Assembly: GCF_000341895.1 (NCBI RefSeq)
Contig: NC_020409.1
Location: 2,970,001-3,002,000, forward strand
Direction of reading: 5' to 3'
Source of the DNA: Pseudodesulfovibrio piezophilus C1TLV30
GTDB taxonomy: Bacteria > Desulfobacterota > Desulfovibrionia > Desulfovibrionales > Desulfovibrionaceae
DNA length: 32,000 nucleotides
A program made the position numbers and the translations under genes. Positions 24,713 to 32,000 of the stretch are shown here, one piece after another; the stretch's first letter is position 1, and each line of letters starts with the position of its first letter. The notes under the pieces were generated by a model. The model worked only from the letters and a program-made list of their open reading frames with translations, searched no databases and was not told the DNA's origin.

Positions 24713-25909
24713 CTATCGTTCGCTGTGGGCTTTCATGGCGCGTGCAAAAGCATCTTTGGCCCGCAGGATGATATCTTCTCCCACGCAGAAGGCGAGCCGG
24801 AAGTATCCGGGACAGCCAAAGCCGGAGCCAGGGACTGCCAGAATCTTTTCTTCCTGCAAAAGGGCGCAAAACTTGACGTCGTCCCCTCCCGGTGCTTCGG
24901 GGAAAAAGTAGAAAGCGCCTTTGGGCATGGTGTATTTGAAACCTGCATGATCAAGCACAGCTGCCATGGCTTTTCGGCGAGCGTCATAGATGGAGATATC
25001 AACGGAACTGCCGAGTGCTTTGCCGAGAAGTTTCTGTGCCAATGCTGGTGCATTGACGAAACCGAGGATACGGTTTGCCATGATAATAGAACCGATGAGC
25101 GGTTCCTTGCCTTTGATGGCCGGATTCACCAGTGCATAGCCGATGCGTTCGCCAGCCATGCTCAGATTTTTGGAAAATGAAGAGCAGACAATGGAGTAGG
25201 TGTATACATCCAGCAGGCTTGGCACATTCACATCATCAAAGGCGAGGAATCGATACGGTTCGTCGGAGAGAATGTAGATCGGGCGTTCCCGTTGTGCATT
25301 ATGCTTTTCGAGAATGGCAGCCAGGGCGTCCAGTTGCTCTCGACTATAGACTGCTCCGGTGGGATTGTTCGGTGAATTGATGAGGACCACGCGGGTTTTG
25401 TCGTTAATGGCGGCGTCAATGGCCTCAAGATCCAGTTCAAAGGTCAATGGTTTGGATGGGATGGGCTTGAGCGTGGCGCTGTGGTTGTCGGCGTAAAAGC
25501 CATACTCCACAAAGAACGGGGCAGGGGTCAGGATTTCGTCACCAGGTTCGAGTACGGCACGAAAGACTGAATTCAGCGCACCGGCAGCTCCACATGTGAT
25601 CACAAGGCACTCGGCGGGAACGTTGACGCCCTGTTCTTTGGACACTTCCTCTGCCAGGCGGGTGCGCACATCAGGGTATCCGAAGTTCGGCATATACCCA
25701 AGAAAGAATGGCTGATCGGCCTGTTCGGCCAATTCGGCAAGGGCCTCCTTGATGGTGGAGGGCGGTGGCAGATCCGGGTTGCCAAGGCTGAAGTCGTGAA
25801 CGTTGTCTTCGCCGAATTCTTTTTTCAGGCGGATACCTTCTTCAAACATCTTGCGAATCCATGAAGCGCGTTCGATATATCCGGTCATTTGTGATGAAAT
25901 CAGTTGCAT
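24713..25909 (-). CDS. Class I/II pyridoxal-phosphate-dependent aminotransferase (Asp/Ala aminotransferase-like)
   Basis: Start at MQLISSQMTGYIERASWIRKMFEEG. LGNPDLPPP, NSPNNPTG, and the PLP-lysine motif CSSFSKNLSMAGERIGY. Confidence 0.88.
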   Translation of the reverse strand: MQLISSQMTGYIERASWIRKMFEEGIRLKKEFGEDNVHDFSLGNPDLPPPSTIKEALAELAEQADQPFFLGYMPNFGYPDVRTRLAEEVSKEQGVNVPAECLVITCGAAGALNSVFRAVLEPGDEILTPAPFFVEYGFYADNHSATLKPIPSKPLTFELDLEAIDAAINDKTRVVLINSPNNPTGAVYSREQLDALAAILEKHNAQRERPIYILSDEPYRFLAFDDVNVPSLLDVYTYSIVCSSFSKNLSMAGERIGYALVNPAIKGKEPLIGSIIMANRILGFVNAPALAQKLLGKALGSSVDISIYDARRKAMAAVLDHAGFKYTMPKGAFYFFPEAPGGDDVKFCALLQEEKILAVPGSGFGCPGYFRLAFCVGEDIILRAKDAFARAMKAHSER

Positions 25910-25957
25910 GCTCTCTCCTTGTGGGCTGAATGAAGCCGTTACCCTACGGTAAAGAGA

Positions 25958-25989
25958 AAAGCCCCGCAACATGGAAGCTGGGGGGCTTT
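25958..25989 (-). terminator. Putative terminator after sppA
   Basis: AAAGCCCC (25958-25965) / GGGGCTTT (25982-25989), 16 nt loop. On the minus strand it is followed by TTTTCTCTTT. Confidence 0.5.
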
Positions 25990-26010
25990 GGTTCGCGTCA
26001 TATGAGCGAT

Positions 26011-26988
26011 CTAATGTGTCATTCCCTGAGGCCAGACATAATAGAATCCGGCTTGTGGCGGAGCAAGAAAACCAACATCAAGACCGAGCATGTCGAGTTT
26101 TCCGATTTCGGTCGCGGTCATGGTGTTGTATGGGTTATCGTTGGGATAGGTGTCTCGGCGGTATGTAACAATCGTGGCATCAACTGGCAGGTGTGCGAGT
26201 TCTCGGGTTTTACCAAAGGCATCTTGAATATATCCGATCTGGTCGATGAGGCCGATCTCCCTAGCCTGATCTGCCGTGAAGACTCTTGCAGACTTGATCA
26301 GAGCCATATGAGCCGGTGTCGGGTGGCGATGCTGGACAACCAGGCTGTGGAATCGATCGGCATATTTCTCGATAATGGTTTGAAACAGAGCGGTTTCCTC
26401 AGGAGTGGAGGGGCGGAAAGGCGACCCCATGTCCTTGTCCTCTCCCGACTTGGAGACTTCCACACCGATGCCGATTTTATCAAACAGCTCGTGCAGTTTG
26501 GGGCGCATGAATATCACGCCGACAGAGCCGGTAATGGTGGTTGGGTGGGCTATGATCCAGTCCGCAGGGAGGGCTGCATAATACCCTCCGCTTGCAGCGA
26601 CATCGAACAGCGCGGCAACAACAGTTTTTTTTGTCCGTTTCTTGAATTCAGTGATCTCGTGATAAAGGATATCCGATGCAGTTGTTGTGCCTCCGGGCGA
26701 ATTGATGGCGATCACGATACCTCGAACAGATGAGTCGGATGCGGCCAGTTCCAGGGAACTGACCAATTCCTGCACCTGACTGGGCGAAGGGCGGAATGTG
26801 CCGGTTTTCGGCTGTGAAGTTAGGACCCCTGTCAGATGAATCAGAGCTAGTTTGTCTTCCCCATGGCCCTCCAGAACAACTTCCCGGAGCGGATCAGTGG
26901 GTTGCGCAGAAAAGAGTTTGATCTTGGGAGCGCAACCCGGAAAGAGAATAAGAACTGTCACCAAGAGAATGGAGAGATGATGCCGCAT
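26011..26988 (-). CDS. sppA: Signal peptide peptidase SppA, 36K type (lipoprotein)
   Basis: Lipobox-like LFPGCAP. INSPGGTTTAS, nucleophile region DVAASGGYYAA, Lys region SGEDKDMGSPFRP. Confidence 0.88.
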   Translation of the reverse strand: MRHHLSILLVTVLILFPGCAPKIKLFSAQPTDPLREVVLEGHGEDKLALIHLTGVLTSQPKTGTFRPSPSQVQELVSSLELAASDSSVRGIVIAINSPGGTTTASDILYHEITEFKKRTKKTVVAALFDVAASGGYYAALPADWIIAHPTTITGSVGVIFMRPKLHELFDKIGIGVEVSKSGEDKDMGSPFRPSTPEETALFQTIIEKYADRFHSLVVQHRHPTPAHMALIKSARVFTADQAREIGLIDQIGYIQDAFGKTRELAHLPVDATIVTYRRDTYPNDNPYNTMTATEIGKLDMLGLDVGFLAPPQAGFYYVWPQGMTH

Positions 26989-27172
26989 GCAACCTCCGTG
27001 ATTTTTTTGAGTGTCTCACGGTACGGTGTAGACAGCATCTTGCCAAGCTCCGAATCTCTTATTCAAGAGACGAAGGACTTTATTGGGAGAGGCTTGTCGC
27101 TCGACGGTCTGTCCTCCTGCAAGGGGAAAGTCGCTCTATAGCCGTCTGTTCATATTGTCTCGCCAAGAAGAA

Positions 27173-27910
27173 TTAGACGAGCAGTGCGAAACCGAGTCCG
27201 GCTGCGACTTCTCCCAGCAGGACGGCACAACCGAGGAAATCTCCATTAGCACCGCCAACGTGTTCGGCTAACCTATGCAGGAAATAGAGAGCGCAGGAAG
27301 CGAAGAAGATGCCGACAATGGTCGTCCCGAAGCCAGCGAGAAAGAATCCGAGAAAGGTTGTGAGTGCCCCGGCCACGAGGGCAACGGGCAGGGTTGCACC
27401 GTCGATGTAAAGTTTGCCGAGTCCCGGACGGGTCAGATGGCGCACCATGTACCCCAGTCCCACGCAGGCGGCTCGGCCGAGCATGAATGTCCAGATGATG
27501 GTGGTAAAGGCTCCGGCCGTGATCATTTCATGGAATAGGATACCCTCGCCGCCGATGATGGAAATCAAACCGATGACGCCGAATGCACCTGTGTGGCTAT
27601 CTTTGATGACTACCCAGAATCGGATTGGATCGGTATGAGTGGTCACGGCATCGCAGACATCGCCCAGCCCATCGAAGTGCAGCCCGCGGGTCAGGGTGAT
27701 ATTGAGCATGACCATGAGCCATGCCTGAACCCATGGGGAGCCGGAAAAAAGACCGAGCCAGAAGGGGAGTACGACAATGAAACCGAGTACCAGGCCGACC
27801 GCAGGCATGAAACGCATGCAACGGTTCATTGTTTCTTCAGGGATGATGCGGGCCGGGGCAAGGCGGGTGAGAAAGCCGAGCGTGTCGAAAAAATTGCGAA
27901 TGAACTGCAT
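27173..27910 (-). CDS. cobS: Adenosylcobinamide-GDP ribazoletransferase (cobalamin synthase)
   Basis: MQFIRNFFDTLGFLTRLP-type N-terminus. LHFDGLGDVCDA motif. Polytopic membrane protein of ~245 aa. Confidence 0.88.
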   Translation of the reverse strand: MQFIRNFFDTLGFLTRLAPARIIPEETMNRCMRFMPAVGLVLGFIVVLPFWLGLFSGSPWVQAWLMVMLNITLTRGLHFDGLGDVCDAVTTHTDPIRFWVVIKDSHTGAFGVIGLISIIGGEGILFHEMITAGAFTTIIWTFMLGRAACVGLGYMVRHLTRPGLGKLYIDGATLPVALVAGALTTFLGFFLAGFGTTIVGIFFASCALYFLHRLAEHVGGANGDFLGCAVLLGEVAAGLGFALLV

Positions 27911-28735
27911 TTACTTCTCCCAGGTCAGAGTGACTTTATCGCCGATGGAGAGGCCGAATTCCTTTGCTGCGGATCGCTGATTGACCGCTATTTCCAGGAA
28001 CCCCTGGCTGCCTTCAAGGAGTCCGGGGGCACCTTTGGGCATGTCGGCGTATGTGGTAACGTAGGCGAGGGGACCGATGGATGGCGAGGTCATGTTCAAC
28101 TCCACCGGCGTTCCAAGGCTTCCTGCCTCCAGGTTGAGCACGCAGTTGCCGAAGCGGTCGGTATGCAGGACATGGGCTATGGCCCTGCCTTGAACGACAT
28201 CAGGGCGTGACCATGCGCAGGAAACAAGGGTGGACGGATCGATTTCGCCGCCAAGCCCCTTGGGGTCGCCTCCCAGGGCGAGCCAAGCAGTCAGAGGTGA
28301 AAAGACATCCCGTCCGTGAAAGGTATGTGAAATTTTTTTGGGCGCAACCATGGCCTGCGATAAGTCAAAGGCGTGGATTTCCTTTGCCCATGACGTTTCC
28401 AGTGCGAGGGAGAGCAAACCATTGTCCGGTGCGATGAGGAGTCGTTCATCAAGTTGGAGTCCAACTATCTTGCGGTCACTCCCCACTCCGGGGTCAACAA
28501 CACTCAGGATCACGGCGTCCTTGGGAAAATGGCAGTAGCTGGCAGCCAGAAAGAAACCGGCTTGAGGCACATTGAATGGTTGAACACCATGAGAAATGTC
28601 AAGGACAGGGCACGCAGGAGCCTTTTTATTGAGAACTGCCTTCATCTGGCCCACGTAGGGGTCTGACAAACCGAAGTCTGTCAGCAATCCGATAGTCCTT
28701 GGGCGTGACATGTCTTTTTTTGCCGGGGTGAACAT
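27911..28735 (-). CDS. SAM hydrolase / SAM-dependent halogenase family protein (DUF62, S-adenosyl-L-methionine hydroxide adenosyltransferase-like)
   Basis: LLTDFGLSDPYVGQMKAVL N-terminal signature, PDNGLLS, VLHTDRFGN, two-domain size of ~274 aa. The stop codon abuts the cobS ATG with no spacer. Confidence 0.85.
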   Translation of the reverse strand: MFTPAKKDMSRPRTIGLLTDFGLSDPYVGQMKAVLNKKAPACPVLDISHGVQPFNVPQAGFFLAASYCHFPKDAVILSVVDPGVGSDRKIVGLQLDERLLIAPDNGLLSLALETSWAKEIHAFDLSQAMVAPKKISHTFHGRDVFSPLTAWLALGGDPKGLGGEIDPSTLVSCAWSRPDVVQGRAIAHVLHTDRFGNCVLNLEAGSLGTPVELNMTSPSIGPLAYVTTYADMPKGAPGLLEGSQGFLEIAVNQRSAAKEFGLSIGDKVTLTWEK

Positions 28736-29614
28736 CTAATAGACCTTTCTTGCTGAAAATCCCTGGCCCAGGACATGAAAACCCGAGCCCATAATAAAGA
28801 ATGCATCATTGTCGATGGTATAGACAAGCTCTTCCAGTTCTTTGAGTTGCATGGCCGAGATCATAGTCAGGATAACCTTTTTGGGGTCACCGGACCAGCC
28901 TCCCGTGCCGTCGAGGATGGTCACTCCTCGGTCCATGTCATCAAGGATGGCTCTGCGGATTGTTTCATGGTGATCAGAGATGATCACACACATCATACGT
29001 TCACTGAACATGCCAAGAATATATTCAATGGCCAATGCCGTGATAAAGGTCATGGCAATGGAATAGAGAACGATGTGCATGTTGAGGAAGGCGAAGCCGC
29101 CTACGAATCCGATCATGTTGAACCAGAATTCGAATGACCCCATGGACATATTGAATTTTTCCTTGCAGATAACCGCCAGAATGTCTGATCCGCCGGTGGA
29201 CCCCAATGAGCGCAGGGCCACTCCAACTCCGGCACCGAGAAGTCCTCCACCTGTCAGCACAGCCAGCCAGACATCATCAATGGGGAGTGTCCATGGAATC
29301 AGGTCAATGAAAATCGATGTCATGAACATGCCGAAGAGTGAATAGAAAAAGAAGCGTTTGCTGACGAAAACCCAGCCCAGAACAAATACCGGAAGGTTGA
29401 GCAACAGATACCATTGCCCGGTGGTCAGGCCGCCGAAGACATAATAGCACAGCAGGGCAATCCCTGACATGCCTCCGGTCAGAAGACCGTGCGGCACGGC
29501 AACGGCTTTGACGGAAAATGCGATGAGGAACGACCCGAAGGTCAGCAGCATGAGATTCCAGGGAATTCCGAAGGTCAGGCCGCGCAAATTGTTTTTCAAG
29601 GTATTTGTTTCCAT
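28736..29614 (-). CDS. YitT-family membrane protein (DUF161 repeats + C-terminal DUF2179)
   Basis: Five or six TMs with GGMSGIALL and GSTGGSDILA motifs. C-terminal soluble domain VTILDGTGGWSGDPKKVILTMIS...FFIMG. The stop abuts the DUF62 ATG. Confidence 0.8.
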   Translation of the reverse strand: METNTLKNNLRGLTFGIPWNLMLLTFGSFLIAFSVKAVAVPHGLLTGGMSGIALLCYYVFGGLTTGQWYLLLNLPVFVLGWVFVSKRFFFYSLFGMFMTSIFIDLIPWTLPIDDVWLAVLTGGGLLGAGVGVALRSLGSTGGSDILAVICKEKFNMSMGSFEFWFNMIGFVGGFAFLNMHIVLYSIAMTFITALAIEYILGMFSERMMCVIISDHHETIRRAILDDMDRGVTILDGTGGWSGDPKKVILTMISAMQLKELEELVYTIDNDAFFIMGSGFHVLGQGFSARKVY

Positions 29615-29705
29615 GTATTCTCTCCGCTCATGGTTCTAGCGGGTTTTGGCATCGCTGAAAACCTGAAATACGTGACTGTTTGGTCGAATCTTCGATGAAA
29701 GTGTG

Positions 29706-29734
29706 TTGACATACATGATTCTTCATGTAGCGTT
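29706..29734 (+). promoter_or_regulatory. Possible sigma-70 promoter with an embedded 6 bp inverted repeat, upstream of the lipoprotein gene
   Basis: TTGACA (29706-29711), 16 nt spacer, TAGCGT. ACATGA (29713-29718) / TCATGT (29723-29728) lies within the spacer. Confidence 0.3.
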
Positions 29735-29765
29735 GAATATATCCATAAAAGCATTGGGGGATGCC

Positions 29766-31268
29766 ATGAAAGCAGTCAGACGAATCGTGTGTGTCGTTGT
29801 TCTCGCGTGCTGTCTTGGTGCGTGTACCAAAGATAAATATGACAGGAGCATGGAGGATGTCGCTCGGAATTGGTGCATGACGATCCGGGCCTCTCAGGTC
29901 ATCCCGATCTATCCTCTGGAGGAGAGTATCCGGCCCGGTGACGTCTTTCTGGTCGGAGCGCCTCATGCAAAGGAAGTGACGCTGTATAGAGAGAAAGGAT
30001 TTTTGCCCATGGATACCCATCTGCATCGAATCAGCGGATTGGAGAAGGATTATGTGGATTTCTACGGGGAAGGATATTTGAATGAGTACCCGGCTCCTCC
30101 TAAAAAAGAGGTTTCTGTGGCGAATGCTTCTTCGGGACAGTCCTCAAACTCTTCGTTACCCTTGAGAGACTGCGCGAACTCTTCTGACGAATTTGGTCGG
30201 CTTATGTGTCTCATCGAAAAACAGAACGGCGCAAAGGGCGGTCGTTCAATGCAATGGCCTCTCGCCGTTTTTCCTTCCTATACGGTCAAGGTGGGGACTG
30301 ATGCTTCGCTGGGAGCGGGGCTTTCCCTCAAGGGGATACCCCTTGGGTTGTCCTTCCTGCATGCATCTCAAGCTTTGGCCATGGTGACTATCAAGGACAG
30401 CTATAGTGTGGGGCTTCCCGTGGATGTGCTCTACCCGGAAGTGACAGCTTGGGCAGCGCGGCCGGAGGCAAGCGAATTGCTTGATGAATATGTCGATGGC
30501 CATGAAAACGTCCTCTACGTTCGGCTTATCACAAAGGTCTTTTTGGCGCAGCAGTTCGACATAGCTCTTCTCTCAAACTCCCAGACTGGCGGCAGGGTAA
30601 ACGTCAATACAGAATCAGCCGAGGGAAACGCGACTGCCGACAATGCAACCATGACCGAGCGCTTGACAGAGCTTGTCATGCAAAACCTCGTGACCGCAGC
30701 GGCCGACCAGATGCCCAAGGGCGAGGTGGCTTTCATGTCCGGTTCATCCAGTGCCGTGAGCCTGCGAGAGACGTTGGATCGTCCTGTTGTTCTCGGGTAT
30801 CACGCTGTTGATATACCGGTTTTTGACGGCGGGAGGCTTGGAGCACCGGTTGCCACACAAAGCTTTCTCCTTGACCGGGCAACGCCCTTGGCCTCGGCCA
30901 GGGAAATCAGGGAAAACCGGTTGAGCATCGTGGATCTGAATCGCGAAGTAAATTCTCTATCCAGGACGTGCGCTGTCTTTTTCATGCATATTATGGCGGA
31001 TAGAAGTCCTGATCGTTATGGCTCAATCGTATCTTTACTCGATCGATTGGTCGCAGAAGCTCAAGAAGGATCAGTGACTGAGAGTTTCTTTGACGCGACA
31101 AAAAAAGATTTCGATGACGTTACCGATGACTGGATTAACGAGGCTGCCAATGCATCAACGGAAGAAAGCGACCGGATTTTACGATCGATCAAGGCGGAAT
31201 ACGTGCGAGCGCTCGGGATGGCCCGGCGTCGATGCGAGAGCATGAAGAGCAGGAGGAATTATGAGTGA
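29766..31268 (+). CDS. Uncharacterised ~500 aa lipoprotein: N-terminal ~400 aa beta-rich domain with a gasdermin-N-like sequence pattern, C-terminal ~110 aa helical acidic/basic region
   Basis: MKAVRRIVCVVVLACCLGAC lipoprotein signal (Cys20 codon 29823-29825). No recognisable catalytic motifs. See the finding for the block pattern. The track start at 29703 adds 21 aa without a signal-peptide rationale. Confidence 0.6.
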   Translation: MKAVRRIVCVVVLACCLGACTKDKYDRSMEDVARNWCMTIRASQVIPIYPLEESIRPGDVFLVGAPHAKEVTLYREKGFLPMDTHLHRISGLEKDYVDFYGEGYLNEYPAPPKKEVSVANASSGQSSNSSLPLRDCANSSDEFGRLMCLIEKQNGAKGGRSMQWPLAVFPSYTVKVGTDASLGAGLSLKGIPLGLSFLHASQALAMVTIKDSYSVGLPVDVLYPEVTAWAARPEASELLDEYVDGHENVLYVRLITKVFLAQQFDIALLSNSQTGGRVNVNTESAEGNATADNATMTERLTELVMQNLVTAAADQMPKGEVAFMSGSSSAVSLRETLDRPVVLGYHAVDIPVFDGGRLGAPVATQSFLLDRATPLASAREIRENRLSIVDLNREVNSLSRTCAVFFMHIMADRSPDRYGSIVSLLDRLVAEAQEGSVTESFFDATKKDFDDVTDDWINEAANASTEESDRILRSIKAEYVRALGMARRRCESMKSRRNYE

Positions 31269-31473
31269 CGGAATACAGTATGAATACAGAGTGTTTCAAC
31301 AGGATAAACCGTTTGTTTTCGTCTCGGGGCAATTGGAAACATGGAAGGACAACGGTTACCTCGCGGTGGAGCTGCTGGACAGAGAAGGAGTCTGGTATGC
31401 ACTGCGTTGGCTGAAGACTCCTCGAGGCATAGACGGCAAACCTTCCGATGATCCGGAAGGGCTGGAATTGTAG
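31261..31473 (+). CDS. Small 70 aa protein, translationally coupled to the lipoprotein gene
   Basis: The ATG at 31261 overlaps the upstream stop (ATGAGTGA) and is preceded by AGGAGGA inside the upstream gene. No TM or signal peptide. Confidence 0.5.
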   Translation: MSDGIQYEYRVFQQDKPFVFVSGQLETWKDNGYLAVELLDREGVWYALRWLKTPRGIDGKPSDDPEGLEL

Positions 31474-31589
31474 GTTTTCGAAAGGGGCTTCGGATACGGT
31501 CCGGGTGTTCTTGAGAGTGCCGGAGTTTTGCACATCATTGCCAGCCCGGAAAGTTTGCGTTAGGGCCGCTCTCACAAGGAGTTGCTCTC

Positions 31590-32000
31590 ATGAAGTCGAC
31601 CATAACCCCGGCCCGTTTCCGTTTGGTCATTCAAACCGTTTTCGTCGTTTTTAATATTTACGTTGGTATTCGCTTTGCCGCATTTGTGGCCTGGGCCACG
31701 AACAAGACTGATGTCTTTACCCCCAAGCCCGGTGCCGTAGAAGGTTTCTTGCCAATCAGTGCCTTGCTTGGTTTCAGGCAATGGATCACGACTGGGCTCT
31801 GGGATACTGTCCATCCGGCTGGCTTGACGATCTTTTTGGCTTTGCTGGTCATGGCGCTGCTTTTTCGTAAAGGCTTTTGCGGATATATCTGTCCGATTGG
31901 TTTCCTTTCCGGTCTTCTTGACAGGGCAGGGCGGAAGATGGGCCTATCCCGTATCCCGGTCAAATGGGTGGACTATCCACTCCTTTCCGTCAAATATCTG
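31590..32000 (+). CDS. NapH/MauN/YccM-like integral-membrane 4Fe-4S (polyferredoxin) protein, 3' partial
   Basis: Not in the supplied track because it has no stop inside the window. AAGGAG lies 8 nt before the ATG at 31590. 137 codons are open to the window end. Several TMs and the family motif KGFCGYICPIG. Confidence 0.75.
   Translation, partial: MKSTITPARFRLVIQTVFVVFNIYVGIRFAAFVAWATNKTDVFTPKPGAVEGFLPISALLGFRQWITTGLWDTVHPAGLTIFLALLVMALLFRKGFCGYICPIGFLSGLLDRAGRKMGLSRIPVKWVDYPLLSVKYL

Noticed and set aside
25930-26733. 267 aa plus-strand ORF
   Set aside because: It is antisense to sppA, and it spans the sppA terminator and the aminotransferase promoter region. It has no motifs.
1-32000. Search by eye for CRISPR repeats, transposase/integrase genes, tRNA/rRNA genes, phage or defence-island hallmarks
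   Set aside because: None were recognised. Repeats found are short inverted repeats consistent with terminators or operators. Composition looks uniform apart from the AT-rich 16750-16900 spacer.

Overview
The window looks like a chromosomal, mostly housekeeping segment. Its gene content fits a Desulfovibrio-like deltaproteobacterium, but that is an unverified inference. I found no rRNA, tRNA, CRISPR array, transposase or integrase.

Gene order:
- (i) The 3' part of a type I secretion operon: ABC exporter, HlyD adaptor, a LapG-like BTLCP periplasmic cysteine protease, and a membrane receptor with a large periplasmic domain, a PAS domain and an HD-GYP domain whose metal ligands are substituted.
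- (ii) An RND efflux pair.
- (iii) DUF1844 and argC.
- (iv) A secreted alpha/beta hydrolase translationally coupled to mlaA.
- (v) lepA and lepB.
- (vi) An AT-rich intergenic region with a sigma-54-type promoter and an intrinsic terminator that could bound a ~60 nt sRNA.
- (vii) An orphan family-3 solute-binding protein and a DUF697/YcjF-like membrane protein with a basic Gly/Ala/Lys-rich tail.
- (viii) Monofunctional ribB behind a clear FMN riboswitch.
- (ix) hypA and hypB.
- (x) A PAS (4-Cys) sigma-54 activator, then a second sigma-54 promoter, a NifX-like gene and an Nbp35-like Mrp ATPase.
- (xi) An aminotransferase and sppA.
- (xii) A spacer-free yitT-family / DUF62 SAM hydrolase / cobS operon.
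- (xiii) An uncharacterised ~500 aa lipoprotein whose sequence pattern resembles a gasdermin-type pore-forming domain, an overlapping 70 aa ORF, and the start of a NapH-like polyferredoxin membrane protein.

The most interesting items are the Lap-like module with a degenerate HD-GYP receptor, the gasdermin-like lipoprotein pair, and the candidate sigma-54-dependent sRNA locus. All domain calls come from motif recognition by eye. No searches were run.
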